The position numbers and the translations under genes were made by a program. A DNA stretch of 62,651 bases, counting the filler, from Choristocarpus tenellus KU-1152 (Eukaryota; Protista; Phaeophyceae), in assembly GCA_964200185.2 (NCBI GenBank). It is 11 parts of 11 records of this genome, joined end to end, with 100 filler letters (N's around TTAATTAATTAA, not from the genome) between each part and the next. Parts side by side here need not be neighbours in the genome. Positions count along the whole stretch, not along the records: positions 35,589 to 50,585 come from CAXNAD020001078.1; positions 50,686 to 54,255 come from CAXNAD020019195.1; 9 more parts are not named here. One strand, written 5' to 3'. The notes beneath the pieces were generated by a model. That model made no database searches. It had not been told where the DNA came from and worked only from the letters and a program-made list of their open reading frames with translations. Shown piece by piece: positions 41,701 to 54,255 of this stretch (positions within the stretch are counted from its first letter, which is position 1; each line of letters begins with the position of its first letter).

Positions 41701-44700
41701 CAATCAGAGCAGGTAAATAACCCTTATGTGATTTCTCATATATACCGGCCGTTTTAATGTCATTTCCTAAATCAACATTTATACTCCTTGTTCCGCTTAA
41801 ATATGATTTGTCTGATGAAATTGCCAATATTTATATTGGTAATGGAGGAAAGTGTTTTGTTGCATCTATTGATAAAGATAGAAATTATAATGGGTATCAC
41901 CTTTGTCATAAACCTCTGCCTCAGCATATATATTTTCACTTTGAAGCAGATATTCCAACTGTCGGAAATATCTTCCTAGTTAGACTACTAACTAAAGATC
42001 CTTTGCAATGCTGCAGTATATATATATATCTATTCCACAAGATGTTTTTGTAGTTATATACACAGGTTTCAGGGCAATACTTACCTTTCTCGCAGAGTTT
42101 GAGTCAATATCCATAGGTTTTTGAAACATGACATCAACATACTTCCATTCTGCTTGCCTATGTTGCTCGACATTTTAGTTGATCCTGCTCCTGTGCACAA
42201 TTTTTTGTTGTTTTCAAATTCATCGCCAACCCCCTCTTTACCAAATGGTTCAACTACTACAAGCTCCTTCTCGTGCCACTCCCTCACAACAATACCTGCA
42301 CTTCCACAAATATACCTTATTCCGCCCCATCTCCAGGTACTAACCTCTGCCTCCCAAAATTGCCTTGCTAAAATGATGTGGAAACATTGCTACACTTTAG
42401 GGCACTGTTAATAACCACTGTAAATGTTTCCGCAGGACAAGCTCTGCACAATAGAACTCTAGCTCATTTCATTTTGCTCAGCAAATTACAGGTCATGCAG
42501 CTGACACTCTCTTACCTGCCCAACACCATACGACCCAGGATCCGTGTCAGTGCTGAGAGCAGTGATGTAGGTCGTCCTGGATCCCACAGTACTCACAGAA
42601 ACGTTGGAGGCCACTGGAACCCCCGTAGAGCGACGTCCCGCAGAGTTGTCAAGATTGAGAGAGGCATGGGCACCAAGGTTTCCACGGTCAGTGAAATGGC
42701 GAATGGCACCATCCTCAATCGCGTCTTCCATTGAAGGACAACCCGTCTAGATGTCAGGGACGTGCACAGGATTGAAAAGGATTGGTAGAAGAGTTTGAGG
42801 TGTGCAAAGGCAAGGTGGACAAGTACAGAATCGCATGATCAGGGGGCTAACCCTCGAATAATCACTATTCATGCACACTATTCCGCACATACTACTGAAT
42901 TATTACTGAGTGCATCCAATAGTTCTCAAAGGAGTAAGAATGAGGCGATGGGAGAAGGAAACAGACCAGGAGGTGATACAGATGTTTGCTCATGAACAGG
43001 GGCTATTGAGGTGATCCATGCATCAGTAAGTGTGCATCAGTCGGCACTAAGAACATTCAAAGTTCTTGAAGTTATAGAAGATACTCATAATCAGTAGGCA
43101 GGAAGAAGTTGAAAGATGGAAGGATACAGCAAGGTCCTGATCGATATAGTAAGGACCAAGCTGACCCTTCCACGGGATCAGTCGACAAAGGGACCTGTAG
43201 TCATTCTTCTCAAGGTCCAATCAAGTAGAAAACATGTAAGAGGAGAAACCCACTGAGGTATTGTGTACAGTCAGCAGGGCACATCTTGCCTCCCTATGCC
43301 CCCTTGCTAAATCTGTGACCGCTCAGTGTTCCTGACCCACCTCAAGGCATAAGGCATTAGGATAGAAGCGATACCCAAGATTCTCCGAATAGTCTCCAAT
43401 TTGAACCTGTGGGGAGGATGTTGCCACGCACAAAAGTTTCAATCCCATTCCAGGAGCACACATTGTGTTTCGCACTATGAAATATATATTTCTTAATATG
43501 AATCAGGTAGTGGAGAGACTGTTTGTTACTCAAGCACTCAGACTGTTCAGGTCTCCTCTGTTTGATTAATCGGCAGCATTTTGATCGTTACTATTTTGGT
43601 ACTATTTAATTTACAATTGTTTTCAATCGTAACTTTGGGCAGTTGAGTATTACTTTAGATGTTTTCAGTGCTACATATCTGAAAGAGAGTGGTCAGCCAC
43701 ACGATTTGTTGCAATAAGTTGGTGCTCACTTGATGAGAATAGGTCATGGGAACAAGGGAAAGTGTGGCAAGGATGTGTCCCTTCTACTGCACTCATGCTT
43801 CAACACTATCAAATTACAACATTTGTCTATAACTAGGCCTTGGCTCTATGGATCCGCCATGTGTCCCAACACCATGAAATCACCTGGCTTCCTCTCATCG
43901 TTGATCCTGCCATCTAGCCTTGATCTTGGCATTGCTTCTCTTTAGTCATGTCCATAACATCAGATCAAGAATCGACCACCCCACTGAGGGTCTGTATATC
44001 GGCAACTGGCAATATTCCATGTCGGCTAAACAGCCAAGGTAAACTATAAACCAAGGAAATATACAGTGATATTAAATATATATATATGTAAAACTGGTCC
44101 CACATTAGACTCCTATAATTGCTACAGTTCGTTAGGACCAATAACTCTTGTGATCTACTGAATGAATAATTAGCTGCCTCAAATCTTACACCTAGCAGGT
44201 TTGGGTCCAAGCACAGGCTCAGGAACCTGCCCAGACCCAACTACAGTATCTAGGTAAGAATCTGACTAGAAAGTAGAAGTAGCTGGACCAAAGGCTGGGA
44301 AGGTGGAAGCAGACCATGCTATACCTTCAACCCCTTCTGGGGCTATCAATTTACTTCTTGGTGTATCCCAGGCTGAGTAGCTAGGTCTGAGCTGGGTCCT
44401 ATACCTAGAACTGGGCCAGAGACAGACATTGGGCCGCAGCCTCCATTCTTGTTTGTCTTTGTGTCTGAACCTGTGCCTGAGCACAATCCGGTGGTCAAAT
44501 TGGGCAAGAACCTTTGAATATAACTTCACCCACATCCAGACCTGGTTCTGCTCCTTCCATAGCACAATCTCACAACGAGAAGCATGGACTGACACAAGGG
44601 TATTGACCATGTCGGAATGCCGTAGTTCTTAGAGTATATCGCACTCACATATACTTTGGGTCGTTGCAAAAAACATTTCTTAGCGCTGATATTGAGTAGA

Positions 44701-47700
44701 TCTTTCGAATACTTCCACGTATGTATATGTGTATGTATATGTATATGTATATGTGTATGTAGTATATATATCATATTATCATTTTATTTTAATAGAACTC
44801 TATAATGATCGAGTTATAGATATAGATATATATATACATGAACCTAAATGGATCAACTACTTCCTATTCTTTATGCATAGTTTAAGACTGAAGGGTGCCA
44901 GAAAGCTGAAACTTGACTAAAGTCTTTGGTTGTATTTCAGGACTGTGCGTACTCTAGCTGTTGCATATCAGGCTAACTCCTATTGTCATGATACAAAAAC
45001 CATTCATTCCTGTTTCTTCCTTCTCTGTTTACCTACCTCATTTTCAGGACAATCCAATGCCCCATCCTAGTCTTATTAACTTCCCCTTTCGTTTGCAGGA
45101 AGTTTGGTTTGCTTGTTGATACGTAGTACTTCAACACGCTAAGTACTATCACGTGCTTTCCTTCTAATTTGTCTATGAGAAAAGTGTAGATTAATTTCAC
45201 CGCACTTCAAAATATCGCCTCTGCAAACATATGCACATGTTGTCAGCTTGGCACAATTACAGTTCTTACGTGTTTCACACCACTCCAGGAAATAAATAAA
45301 TTGAATAATGCAAACCCTTGCAATGTGCCTGGTAGAGAGTGTTACATTTTGTTTCATCGTGAATTCAAGAGGGCCAGGGTTTATTCACATGATCGATGAC
45401 AACCTAAGCTCACCTCATACTCAAACATGAGGTTAGCAGATCCATTCCCAGCAACATACAGGGCCTCTCTGGATTCCATTAAATCCAAGGTGAGGACTGG
45501 AGTGCCCCACACAATCACTCTTTTATCAAACTCCAATGTTAGTGACAACACCTCACCAAGACCATAGAGGCGGTTGTCCTCAGTCAGATTTGAAACAAGG
45601 GATACTGAAACCGGCTTTGGTACCGCCCCATCAACGGAGACTGAGGACTGGTCGGCAAGGCCAGTGCCTGGTGAGGATATGAAACGATCACAGCACATGG
45701 GAGAAAACATCAGGACAGATATCATTGGCATGAATGAAGAGCCTACCATGAGTCAATACACAGTCACACCCGTGCACATGCTCATGCACACACACATGAC
45801 ATGTATCTCACCATTGGCGACAGCACTGGATAAGTCAAGGTCAGCGTCTTGAGTGGGGTAGCTAGAGTGTCTGCATATCCATCCGTGGTCACCAGTGTCA
45901 AGGGCATGGCCACCCTCTGTCCACCTCTCGTCCACATCCAGGAGAGAGGTGCTGTCCCCCACACGCACCACATATCTGCCATAGAGAACACACGCAAGTA
46001 GATGAGGCTAATGCTTGGTCTTTGACTCATCCACTGTTTTCATCGTAGTATTGTCTCTCTCCCTACCAATTGGTTAATTATTGACTCCAATAAAATTGTA
46101 GAGGATCACACCCCCTCATACATGTATGCTGCGGCCATGCTCCAGAAGCAGCCCTTTGCCCACACTCTAAGTCAGACATTTCTCACCGGAAGGTGATATG
46201 AAGAGTATTATTTCCCCCAGCATAGTATTCTGCTCTTGCCTTTGAGGAATGTAACCTCAAAAAGATGCCCACATCTCCATATGTGTCTACTGACTTGGTA
46301 AACCTGAGGAGAGGTTATCCAAAGGTGTAGGAAAAGGAGGTCTGGGGAGAGGCATTGAGGAAGGGTGTAGTGGGGGAATGATGCTCTTCCGAACATAACA
46401 TAGCACTTCACCCAACATGTGGTTGTCAAAGTAATGGAAAGGAGAAATTCACAACAGGAGTGGAATGGTTTCCTACTTTGTAATTGAAAACAAGTACTGC
46501 TGAGAAATATTGTAAATCAAATGCTTCAGTATACATTTCCATTTTTAGGCAGAACACTCAACAAATGGGTTGAATGTGTACAGCAGAATGGTACAGAGAT
46601 GAATAGTCATGTTTAAGATCGATGATTGGATATAATGTCTTCCAAAAAAGAACTCTGAACCCCGTGGTCATGTTTTGAACATTCCTTGATTGTACTGAAA
46701 TCATCAGGCATAATCAAGAACTTGCCATGTTTGAGGACCTTTCCTTAGGGCATTCACATTTGCTTCACCAGGGATGCGGTTTACTTTGTACTTCATTCCA
46801 CATCTACTTGATTGTCTTGGTCCTCAATTTGGCAAAAACATTAGTGCCTTCGTAGATGCAACAAGAATAGGATGTACACTCAACTGCATTACATTACTAT
46901 ATTATGTACATCCTCCTCCGCCAGGTCGACCTGGTATCAGTTTTATGTTTCTAAGTTTAATCCCCATTTGGAGTAAGCAGTCTCTCCCTACACACCTCCC
47001 CAAGAACCAAGCAATAAGCTCCAATCCTCAAACCTAGACAACCTGCAACTGGTGTGGCAGCAAACCGCATGTCACTACACTCCATCCGCAATAACCAACA
47101 TCACTTTCTACTAACCAAATCACTACCACAAACTTTCTTCCAAAAGTGCCCTCAACTGGTTGCCCCATTCCCCGCCCAAAACAATATAACCCACCATACT
47201 CTGAGGAAGATCTCATCTCCTACAGCATATGTCCCATTGCTGCTGATGGCCTCAACTCCTAGAGCTGGGTCGACTGTTGGCTGGCTAGTGTCAATGGTAA
47301 TGTTTCCTCCTCCAAGTCCAAGGCCCGACCCGTCGTCCTGCCCAACCCATGCCCTGACTTGGTGCAGACTTACATTGGCAGAGAGAGTTGGGAAGGAGGA
47401 TGACTGGAGTATGGTGGCACTCACAGTATGCGATCGGTATGAGGTTGATGGAAGATCGATAGCATCATTTTCCCCATTCGGAACTCTTATCCCTGAAAAA
47501 TCACCTGTCGTGTCCCCTTCCTGCACCTGTATCGTCATTGGGAGAATCAACATGATGTATCTTGGGTGGGTGGAACTGGCAGTGGATGATTGAGGCCTGG
47601 ATCACTAGCCAAAAAATCTTGTAAGCTGGAATACTCTAGAAAGTGGATGCTGGTCCTCCTCTGTGAGCCCTTTACCTCTCCCTTGTATTTAAATGCTGAT

Positions 47701-49776
47701 AGGCAAACCTGTTGAAAGACAAACCTGTTGATAGACAAACCTGTTGATAGACAAACCTGTTGCTTTCTTACCGTATAGCCAAAGGACAGAGAGCTCATCC
47801 CACTGCCTCCAGTGTACTCTGCATACACATATGAGGTAGAATCGGACGAGCTATTTGTTGTTCCATTCGCCAATATTAGAGGCAGACGGGGCAACGGAGC
47901 AACAGTGCTGGTCTCAACCACCACTGGGAAGCTGAAGTTGACCCAAATTGTGATCAACTGCAGATGGGATAATGTGCGTCAGGAACTCTTTTTTTTTGTA
48001 TTTTTTGTATGCTGCAGAAGGGCATAAATGTATGGATCTAGAACAATTATACATGTGGTTGTGCGTGTGTGAGCTGTACGCATCCAGTTATCTAGTTTTT
48101 AGCTTTAAATTGCTTCAAAAGCGCTGCGGGGTCTCACTGATCCAATAGCTGGTAGAAACGACCGTATGCATTTAAGAGGGTAGGAGTTTTGCCCTGTTTG
48201 TCCGTTTGGGGCTTGGCTTCCCACGGTTTTTCGGTTTTCTGTGTAGAAATAGTTACCTAAAATGTATACGACTTTGAAAGGTGTGTCCAGAGCAAGGATA
48301 TTGACACTTGCTAACAAACACGGTAGCCAAAATTAATCAAAATCGAAACATTGGATTCATGACCCCAAACGGACACGGCCCTACCCTCTCAAATGCTTTG
48401 GTCAAATATCACTGCAGGATATCTTCACAGAGCTTGCTACTACAAATTTGTCCAAAATGAAACACTCTTCAACTTGCTTACCTGCCCCACTCCATACTCC
48501 CCTCCCAAAAGTGAGCTCCCCAAGCCAATCACATATGGCGCGTCTGTGTCCACTGTAAAAGACGATTTTCCAGAGAGGCTGTTACTACTGCCTGGTATGG
48601 GTAAGGTGGTGTTGACATCCCTTCCTAATAAGTCGATAAACATGCTTCCTCCCCCACTGTAGGTATTGGACACCAGTGCTCCTGTGTCAGCTGTCAGCTG
48701 CGAAGCATTGTCACCACGCTGTACAGTGTATATAAATTTGAGCTCCGAGGAAGTAGTATTGGAAGTAGAGTTCGCTAGTACAGCATACAGTATAGAACCA
48801 GACTCTATGTCCGATCGGGTTCCATTAAGGCGAAGTAGAGGAACATCTTCTCCATTGTTTGTGTCCACAAATACCTGGGCACAAGGTGTCATGTCCAGGA
48901 CAAGAAGAGGTGGAGGAAGGACAAGTAGGGGAAGGGCAGGGATCCATGAGAGATTAATAAGGAAAGTCAAAAAAGGTGCAGTGGCAGGTGCAGAGTTGTG
49001 GAGGGTGTGAGGAGGAGATGATCGTGCCCGTGCAATCAAGTTATTGCCAACAAGCTGTGAATTTGAGAGGAAATGGCTGAAAAATGTTTGCTAAGACAAA
49101 GAAAATTGTTCAGGAGAGTTATGTACTCTCAATGTCTTCCATCTGCTGGAGTGCTAACTTGATACATTGGTATGAAATTCGAGAAATGATTAAGATGGGG
49201 GGCACTAAGGAGTCAAAGTATATTAGAGGGTAGAGCCACGTCCATTTGGGGGCCAAAATTCAACGTTGCGGTTTTGATGTAATTTGGCTATCGTGTTTGT
49301 TAGGAAGTGTCAATATCCTTGTTCCAGACATATGCATGGTACCTTTTCCAAAACAAACACACTTTACCTGCTCCGAAACATGTTGGAAAAGGAAAATGTG
49401 TCATAAAAAACCCCATCGGAAGTCAAGCCCCAAACTGACAAACAGGGCCAAACTCATACCCTCTAAGATACTTTGACAGTAAGGGAGGAATACCTAACCT
49501 GCACAGACTACCGCAACTCTCTCTGTACTTCCTTAAAAATAGCAGAGTTTTTTTGGATGGCATTCTACCAGTCACATATGCTCATACACGCAAGATCTTT
49601 TTATTTAGCTTCCCATTTCGACCTCTAAACCATTCACTTCTTACCGGTGCTGAGAAGGAAACAGTGATCGGAATCTCTTGTCCCACCCCAAATATTCCGT
49701 CCTCCAATGCTGAGTACACCTCTTTCACAGTAACCACTGGGTCTGAGCTGGTGTCCACAGAGACATCAAATTTGAC
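35706..49776 (-). CDS. Large (>1,200 aa, partial) probable extracellular protein with ~8 tandem bacterial-adhesin-like Ig/beta-sandwich repeats. Exons: 49645-~49776, 48482-48874, 47772-47957, 47195-47526, 46187-46303, 45812-45975, 45414-45667, 43341-43406, 42516-42746, 41148-41447, 40461-40583, 40013-40126, 39530-39748, 38838-39011, 38070-38246, 37301-37441, 36508-36762, 35706-35969
   Basis: All 17 joins are GT-AG and phase-consistent with no stops. Recurring pattern G.Y..G(D/E/Q).I.I.V.F...V.V.G.P.L.L....A.Y..GSG...L.F.YTV..GD...L, e.g. DGTYSPGDVITISVMYNRHVMVVGKPILYLSTGGMEPARATYIGGSGNKTLNFQYTVVKGDLTSDL. Confidence 0.9.
36871..37128 (-). mobile_element. Sola-like MITE, complete, intronic, TSD TGTG
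   Basis: gagccaaagtatattagagggta...taccctctaagatactttcactc, flanked by tgtg on both sides; reverse complement of 9311-9570. Confidence 0.9.
43700..44630 (-). mobile_element. Possible decayed Copia gag/protease remnant inside an intron
   Basis: Minus-strand GVVDS*SDVMDMTK (~43945-43985) resembles the Copia protease WVVDSGAS.HMT motif. The rest is not interpretable. Confidence 0.3.
48160..48404 (+). mobile_element. Sola-like MITE, degenerate, intronic
   Basis: agaggggtaggagttttgccctgtttgtccgtttgggg...gaccccaaacggacacggccctaccctctcaaatgctttgg aligns along its length with 9311-9570. Confidence 0.8.
49210..49479 (-). mobile_element. Sola-like MITE, complete, intronic, TSD TAAG
   Basis: gagtcaaagtatattagagggta...taccctctaagatactttgacag, flanked by taag at 49206-49209 and 49480-49483. 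Confidence 0.88.
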
Positions 49777-50520
49777 CTTGATGCAAGATGGACAGTGGTA
49801 AGAGCAATATTTTCTGAGCAATGAGAAGAAGTGCAGAGAAAATGGAGGGTGCACCATACCTTAGGTAGATACCTCTATCTGTGATACAGACACTGCCTTT
49901 TTTTATTGGGAGATGGATGGTTGTGTTGGAAGTTTGTAAAGAAGGTTGTGAACCTGACGTTTCAGATGACAACTTTGTGGTGACATTGAAATGGAGACTT
50001 GCAGTGTGAGGTGCTTTAATGCGTGCAGTCCCTTGGAGAAGTGTCTATGGACAAGTTGTCTAGTGACAGGGAGAGAACACCATGAATTATGAGCCATCCC
50101 CACCCCAGGCCTTGCCCCACTTATAGCTTTTCTCATTCACATATATTATCATGTCAACACTACTATCCATATGATTAGCACACTTGTACCATATAGGTCA
50201 AGTGGTATTAAAAACCTAAACAAGAGCTAGGACGCTGTTCACAATAATATCTACCCCTTCAGATATATAATGTTCTATGCAGCAAAGTCTTCATGGCTAC
50301 ACATTCTCTACAGTATGTGGTATCATAGCACAATTTATTCTCCAGAGTACCACTGAACACTCTATAGTACTCCGGAGTATTTGGCAATATTTTTGTAATT
50401 CCAAGTCATCTGACTCAAAGCTAGAGAGGTATACAGTACTTCTTATGTTTTGGGGTTGAAAATGGGTGTCTCTATCTGTAAAGGCACATATTGCCTTGTC
50501 TCCAACTTTCATCACAAATT

Positions 50521-50585
50521 GGCTCAAAGTATCTCTGGGGGGGGGGGGGGGGGGGGGGGGAATTTTGTGTTATGAGTGGTGAGGG
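50521..50585. mobile_element. Sola-like terminus at contig end (matching termini at 20879-20925 and 35589-35610)
   Basis: ggctcaaagtatctct followed by poly-G. Confidence 0.65.
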
Positions 50586-53500
50586 NNNNNNNNNNNNNNN
50601 NNNNNNNNNNNNNNNNNNNNNNNNNNNNNTTAATTAATTAANNNNNNNNNNNNNNNNNNNNNNNNNNNNNNNNNNNNNNNNNNNNCGATATAGTAGGCCA
50701 GTGTTAGGATGAGAAGCGCATTGCCCAGTAGTACCAATAATACGGCCACTTCGGAAGGCAAAAAAAAACAACACTAAAGAAAAATAATGGGTTCCACTTA
50801 ATATATAAGGCGTTTGGGATATTGCAAAGAACCTACACGCAAAAGAGACATGTCCGCACCTCGCCATGACTGTCCCCAATGCAGATTTCTTGCTCTCACA
50901 ACACTAACGCCAAACAATGATAATGTAGTCCTGCACAAAAACCAATGAGATACATGATGATAAAACTGCAACACCTGACTCTGCACAGGCATAAGGAAGG
51001 AACAATGCCCTTTGCATTCCCCCAAAATAAACCCAACTGGTTTCTCTCTAGTCTAACCAATGGTGCCCCTACCAAGCCTTCACAAAACCTGCACAAACCT
51101 TTCATGACAATAGTTTCAAAATGACACTCCTCTGATCACCACAATTACCACACACAATACACATCGCCTATCAACACATAAAAAACCCATGAGCTTTTTG
51201 TGAGTCATGCAAGCGTCACCCCAGTTGAAAACCGTATGTGATCTCAATGAGACAAAAGTAATATTGCATACAAATGGTGACAGGCAATCCTGCTAAAAAG
51301 CGCATTGTACACCCCTGCCTAAACGCCATGTATTCTAAACTTTGGAACAAATGCAAAACTGTCATCCATACACACCCACACCAACTCAAGGAAACTAGAT
51401 TCACTAATCCCAAATGTATATTGTGTAACTGACTTCCTCTACCTACAACATCAAAGGACCGCAGGCAGGGCATTGAGAACAACACTAATTTCCCTGCTGG
51501 CGTCATCTCTTCACATTGCTTCTTCAAAACACCTTGGTTCCTTTCCCTTGTCACACACTTACCTCCCTGGACCCTTTCTACACGCAATCAAGGTCCACAA
51601 ATGCCTTTGGTACCGCAATTGACCAACTGGAGATCGATAACAACACCTCAACCATATTGCAGTATGGCAGCCTGTAATTAAACCACCACATCCCCCTCTC
51701 CCGTACCCTACCCTCCTTTAAACACACATCAAGATACTCTTCTGCACTTCCTTCCATAACCTCATGCTCTCCCACACTGGTGCTGGGGCAAGCAGTAGGC
51801 AAGAAAAGGGGAGCATTGCGGAAATCTCCACCAGCGCTTAACTGATTTTAAACTCTAGGAACTTGCAAAGCAAATACTTGCTCTTGGGTCAAAACTCCAA
51901 GAGCGGGTCCCCAACTCAAACCAAGCAACACTCTCGAACCGTGGATGGATCGACGCCGAGTATCCTCTGGGAGATGCAAAAGAACTAGAAGCAGCCGAAA
52001 GACACTACACCATATGCCACAAGGACGACAAGTTAAGAAATAAGGGGTAGGGGAATCGAAGGTGGCTTTATGCTTCAAAGAGAGGGGGGCAGGGAGCCAC
52101 ATCAGACGACATTATGAACTAGAGTCAAAATGATCTGCGACTTTCAAAATAGCACAATTGAGGTGGGTCTTACGGGTGGCCACTTTGCCATGCAGCGTGA
52201 AAAAAGTACAACTTTTAAGTCTAGGAGTTGCTAAATCAGATGTGTTCATCCCCAACAAGTTTGCACTTGAAAGCTGCTCACCACTTCATCTGGGCTCAAG
52301 ACGCCAAACTGTAGCTTGTTCACACGGCGCAACCGCGCCGCGGAATAGCTAAACTGAGACGGCATGGTAACTGCAGCAGCAGAAACTCCAACCACAGGCG
52401 CAGGCTAAAGGCCAGTCACGCCGTTCCAGCTCTGCCACTTCCAATACTCCTGTGCTACCCAAAGTGCACTAGCCGCGCGGCCGTTGAACCTCCTCTTTTC
52501 TCTTCACTTTTTTCCTCGTGAAATCGAATCAACCAGAGAATATTTTACCACCTCTCTCCTAGAACTAGTTTCCCCCCACACACCCAGCAAGATCCCCCGA
52601 GCCAATGTCCCTGTCCTCTCTCCCCTGACCCTTCTCGCAATAATATAAACCGAACCCACTTGGCGGTGCGGAAGGCTACGCCCCCCCAGAGCACTGGTCC
52701 AGCACCCGTGCACTGAGTTGGGGTGACTGGGGCGACCGTGTGGGGGGGGCTTTCTGATTTGGTTTCAAGTGCAAGATGCTCCAAGAAGGGCACTGGTCGT
52801 GGACAGGGGTGACTTTCCCAAAGCGCGGTATAAAGTAGTATTTATACCGTCCAATATTCCAACATCCTCTTCAAAATAGTGTGTTGTAAGATAAGCAAAA
52901 TGTCAGAGGGTATAAAAATAAATAAGGTATCATTCTAGTAGTAAGTATAGGAGAGGTTGTAGTAGTAGTAGTAGATAGAAGAGATACAGAGAGATAGATA
53001 GCTATAGACCTACCCACGTACACCATACAACGTACAGGTTCACTTCCATATGGTATGTATACATGACTTATCCTCCCTGCCTGGAACAGTTTTAACACCA
53101 TTCAGGACAACAGTGATGGGCGTAAATTTGTATGTAAAATACACTCCCAACCGCGATGGTGTGTACAAAAGGAAAAATGATATCCTCCCACATTGCGAAT
53201 GAGAGTGGAGGGTGGTCGTCATCGAGTTCATCGTGAAGAGTAGGCCCTGTTGGGCATGTCAATACCAGGAATCCGTAGCGTGTGGGTTAAATAGGCAAAC
53301 ACAACCTACTACTACGTATAGACACCACCTATGTCATCAATACGACTTCATCCTTCACTACTTTAGGTAACTTTTAAAATAGCGAATGTACCTCGCCATC
53401 GATCACCTCGCCAATAATACTCAAAAACAATGATTCTGAAAAAAAATGCGCGATTCACACTACAGTAGTGTTTTAGAGTGCCTTGAAATTTGCAATCGCC

Positions 53501-54213
53501 CAAGTTGTTACGCCTAACTCACCAACTTCGTGTTCTTCTAGATGGTGCTAGTATTGACAGTAAGGACTCTCTACTGACCCAGTGCTGCCATATACAGACA
53601 GACAGGCGGATGGACGCACAGAAATTACTTGGTTTCACAGGATGCATCTGTAAAAGATGAAACACCTGAATAGAGTCTGTGCTGGTTAGGTTCTCTGTTT
53701 TTCAGGATGGTTTGGTTTTGAACCAGAGTGCGCGAGCGAGGGAGTGAACCTAGATACGAGGACGAGAGCTGGTATTGGTAAGGAAGCGAACTCTATCACA
53801 ATGAGGTATAGATTTGGGGGCTCAAAGGGTCACCCATGTCAATTTGTTGCAAAATTTTTAAAATAAGTTGTGTGCATCGCGCGGTCGAGCCTACGCGCGA
53901 GGACAAGACCTTTCCTTACTATACTTAGTACAGACAGAAAACGGATGGACAGAGAGGAATTGTGTGGTTGTATACATTACGTACGTGAGAATGTCCAAAT
54001 AGATGGTGGTTAGTGAGACAAATGGAAAGGAATTGCTTGGATTTATTCTACAGATAGATACGTGAGAGGGCGCCAAAAAAGATTGTGAGGATGATATTCG
54101 AGTTACATCTTAATTTATATGAATTTCTATTATTTGACATTTTGCAGAGATGATGGGGGAGGAGGTCGGGAACAATTCCAAGAATCTGACAGTCCCCTTC
54201 TTGTCTTAAATTA

Positions 54214-54255
54214 TTTTTTATTATTATGCCCTCTGACGTTTTGCAGATAACAGGG
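54214..54255 (-). mobile_element. Solo CRE-like 3' tail (others at ~15636, 15876-15921, ~19918, 21531-21557, 52893-52925)
   Basis: Reverse complement is ccctgttatctgcaaaacgtcagagggcataataataaaaaataa, the same motif that ends the RLE fragments. Confidence 0.7.

Noticed and set aside
50686-52800. Possible decayed LINE on the minus strand (GGDFRN near 51820)
   Set aside because: Only one weak motif; no RT or endonuclease motif series could be traced.
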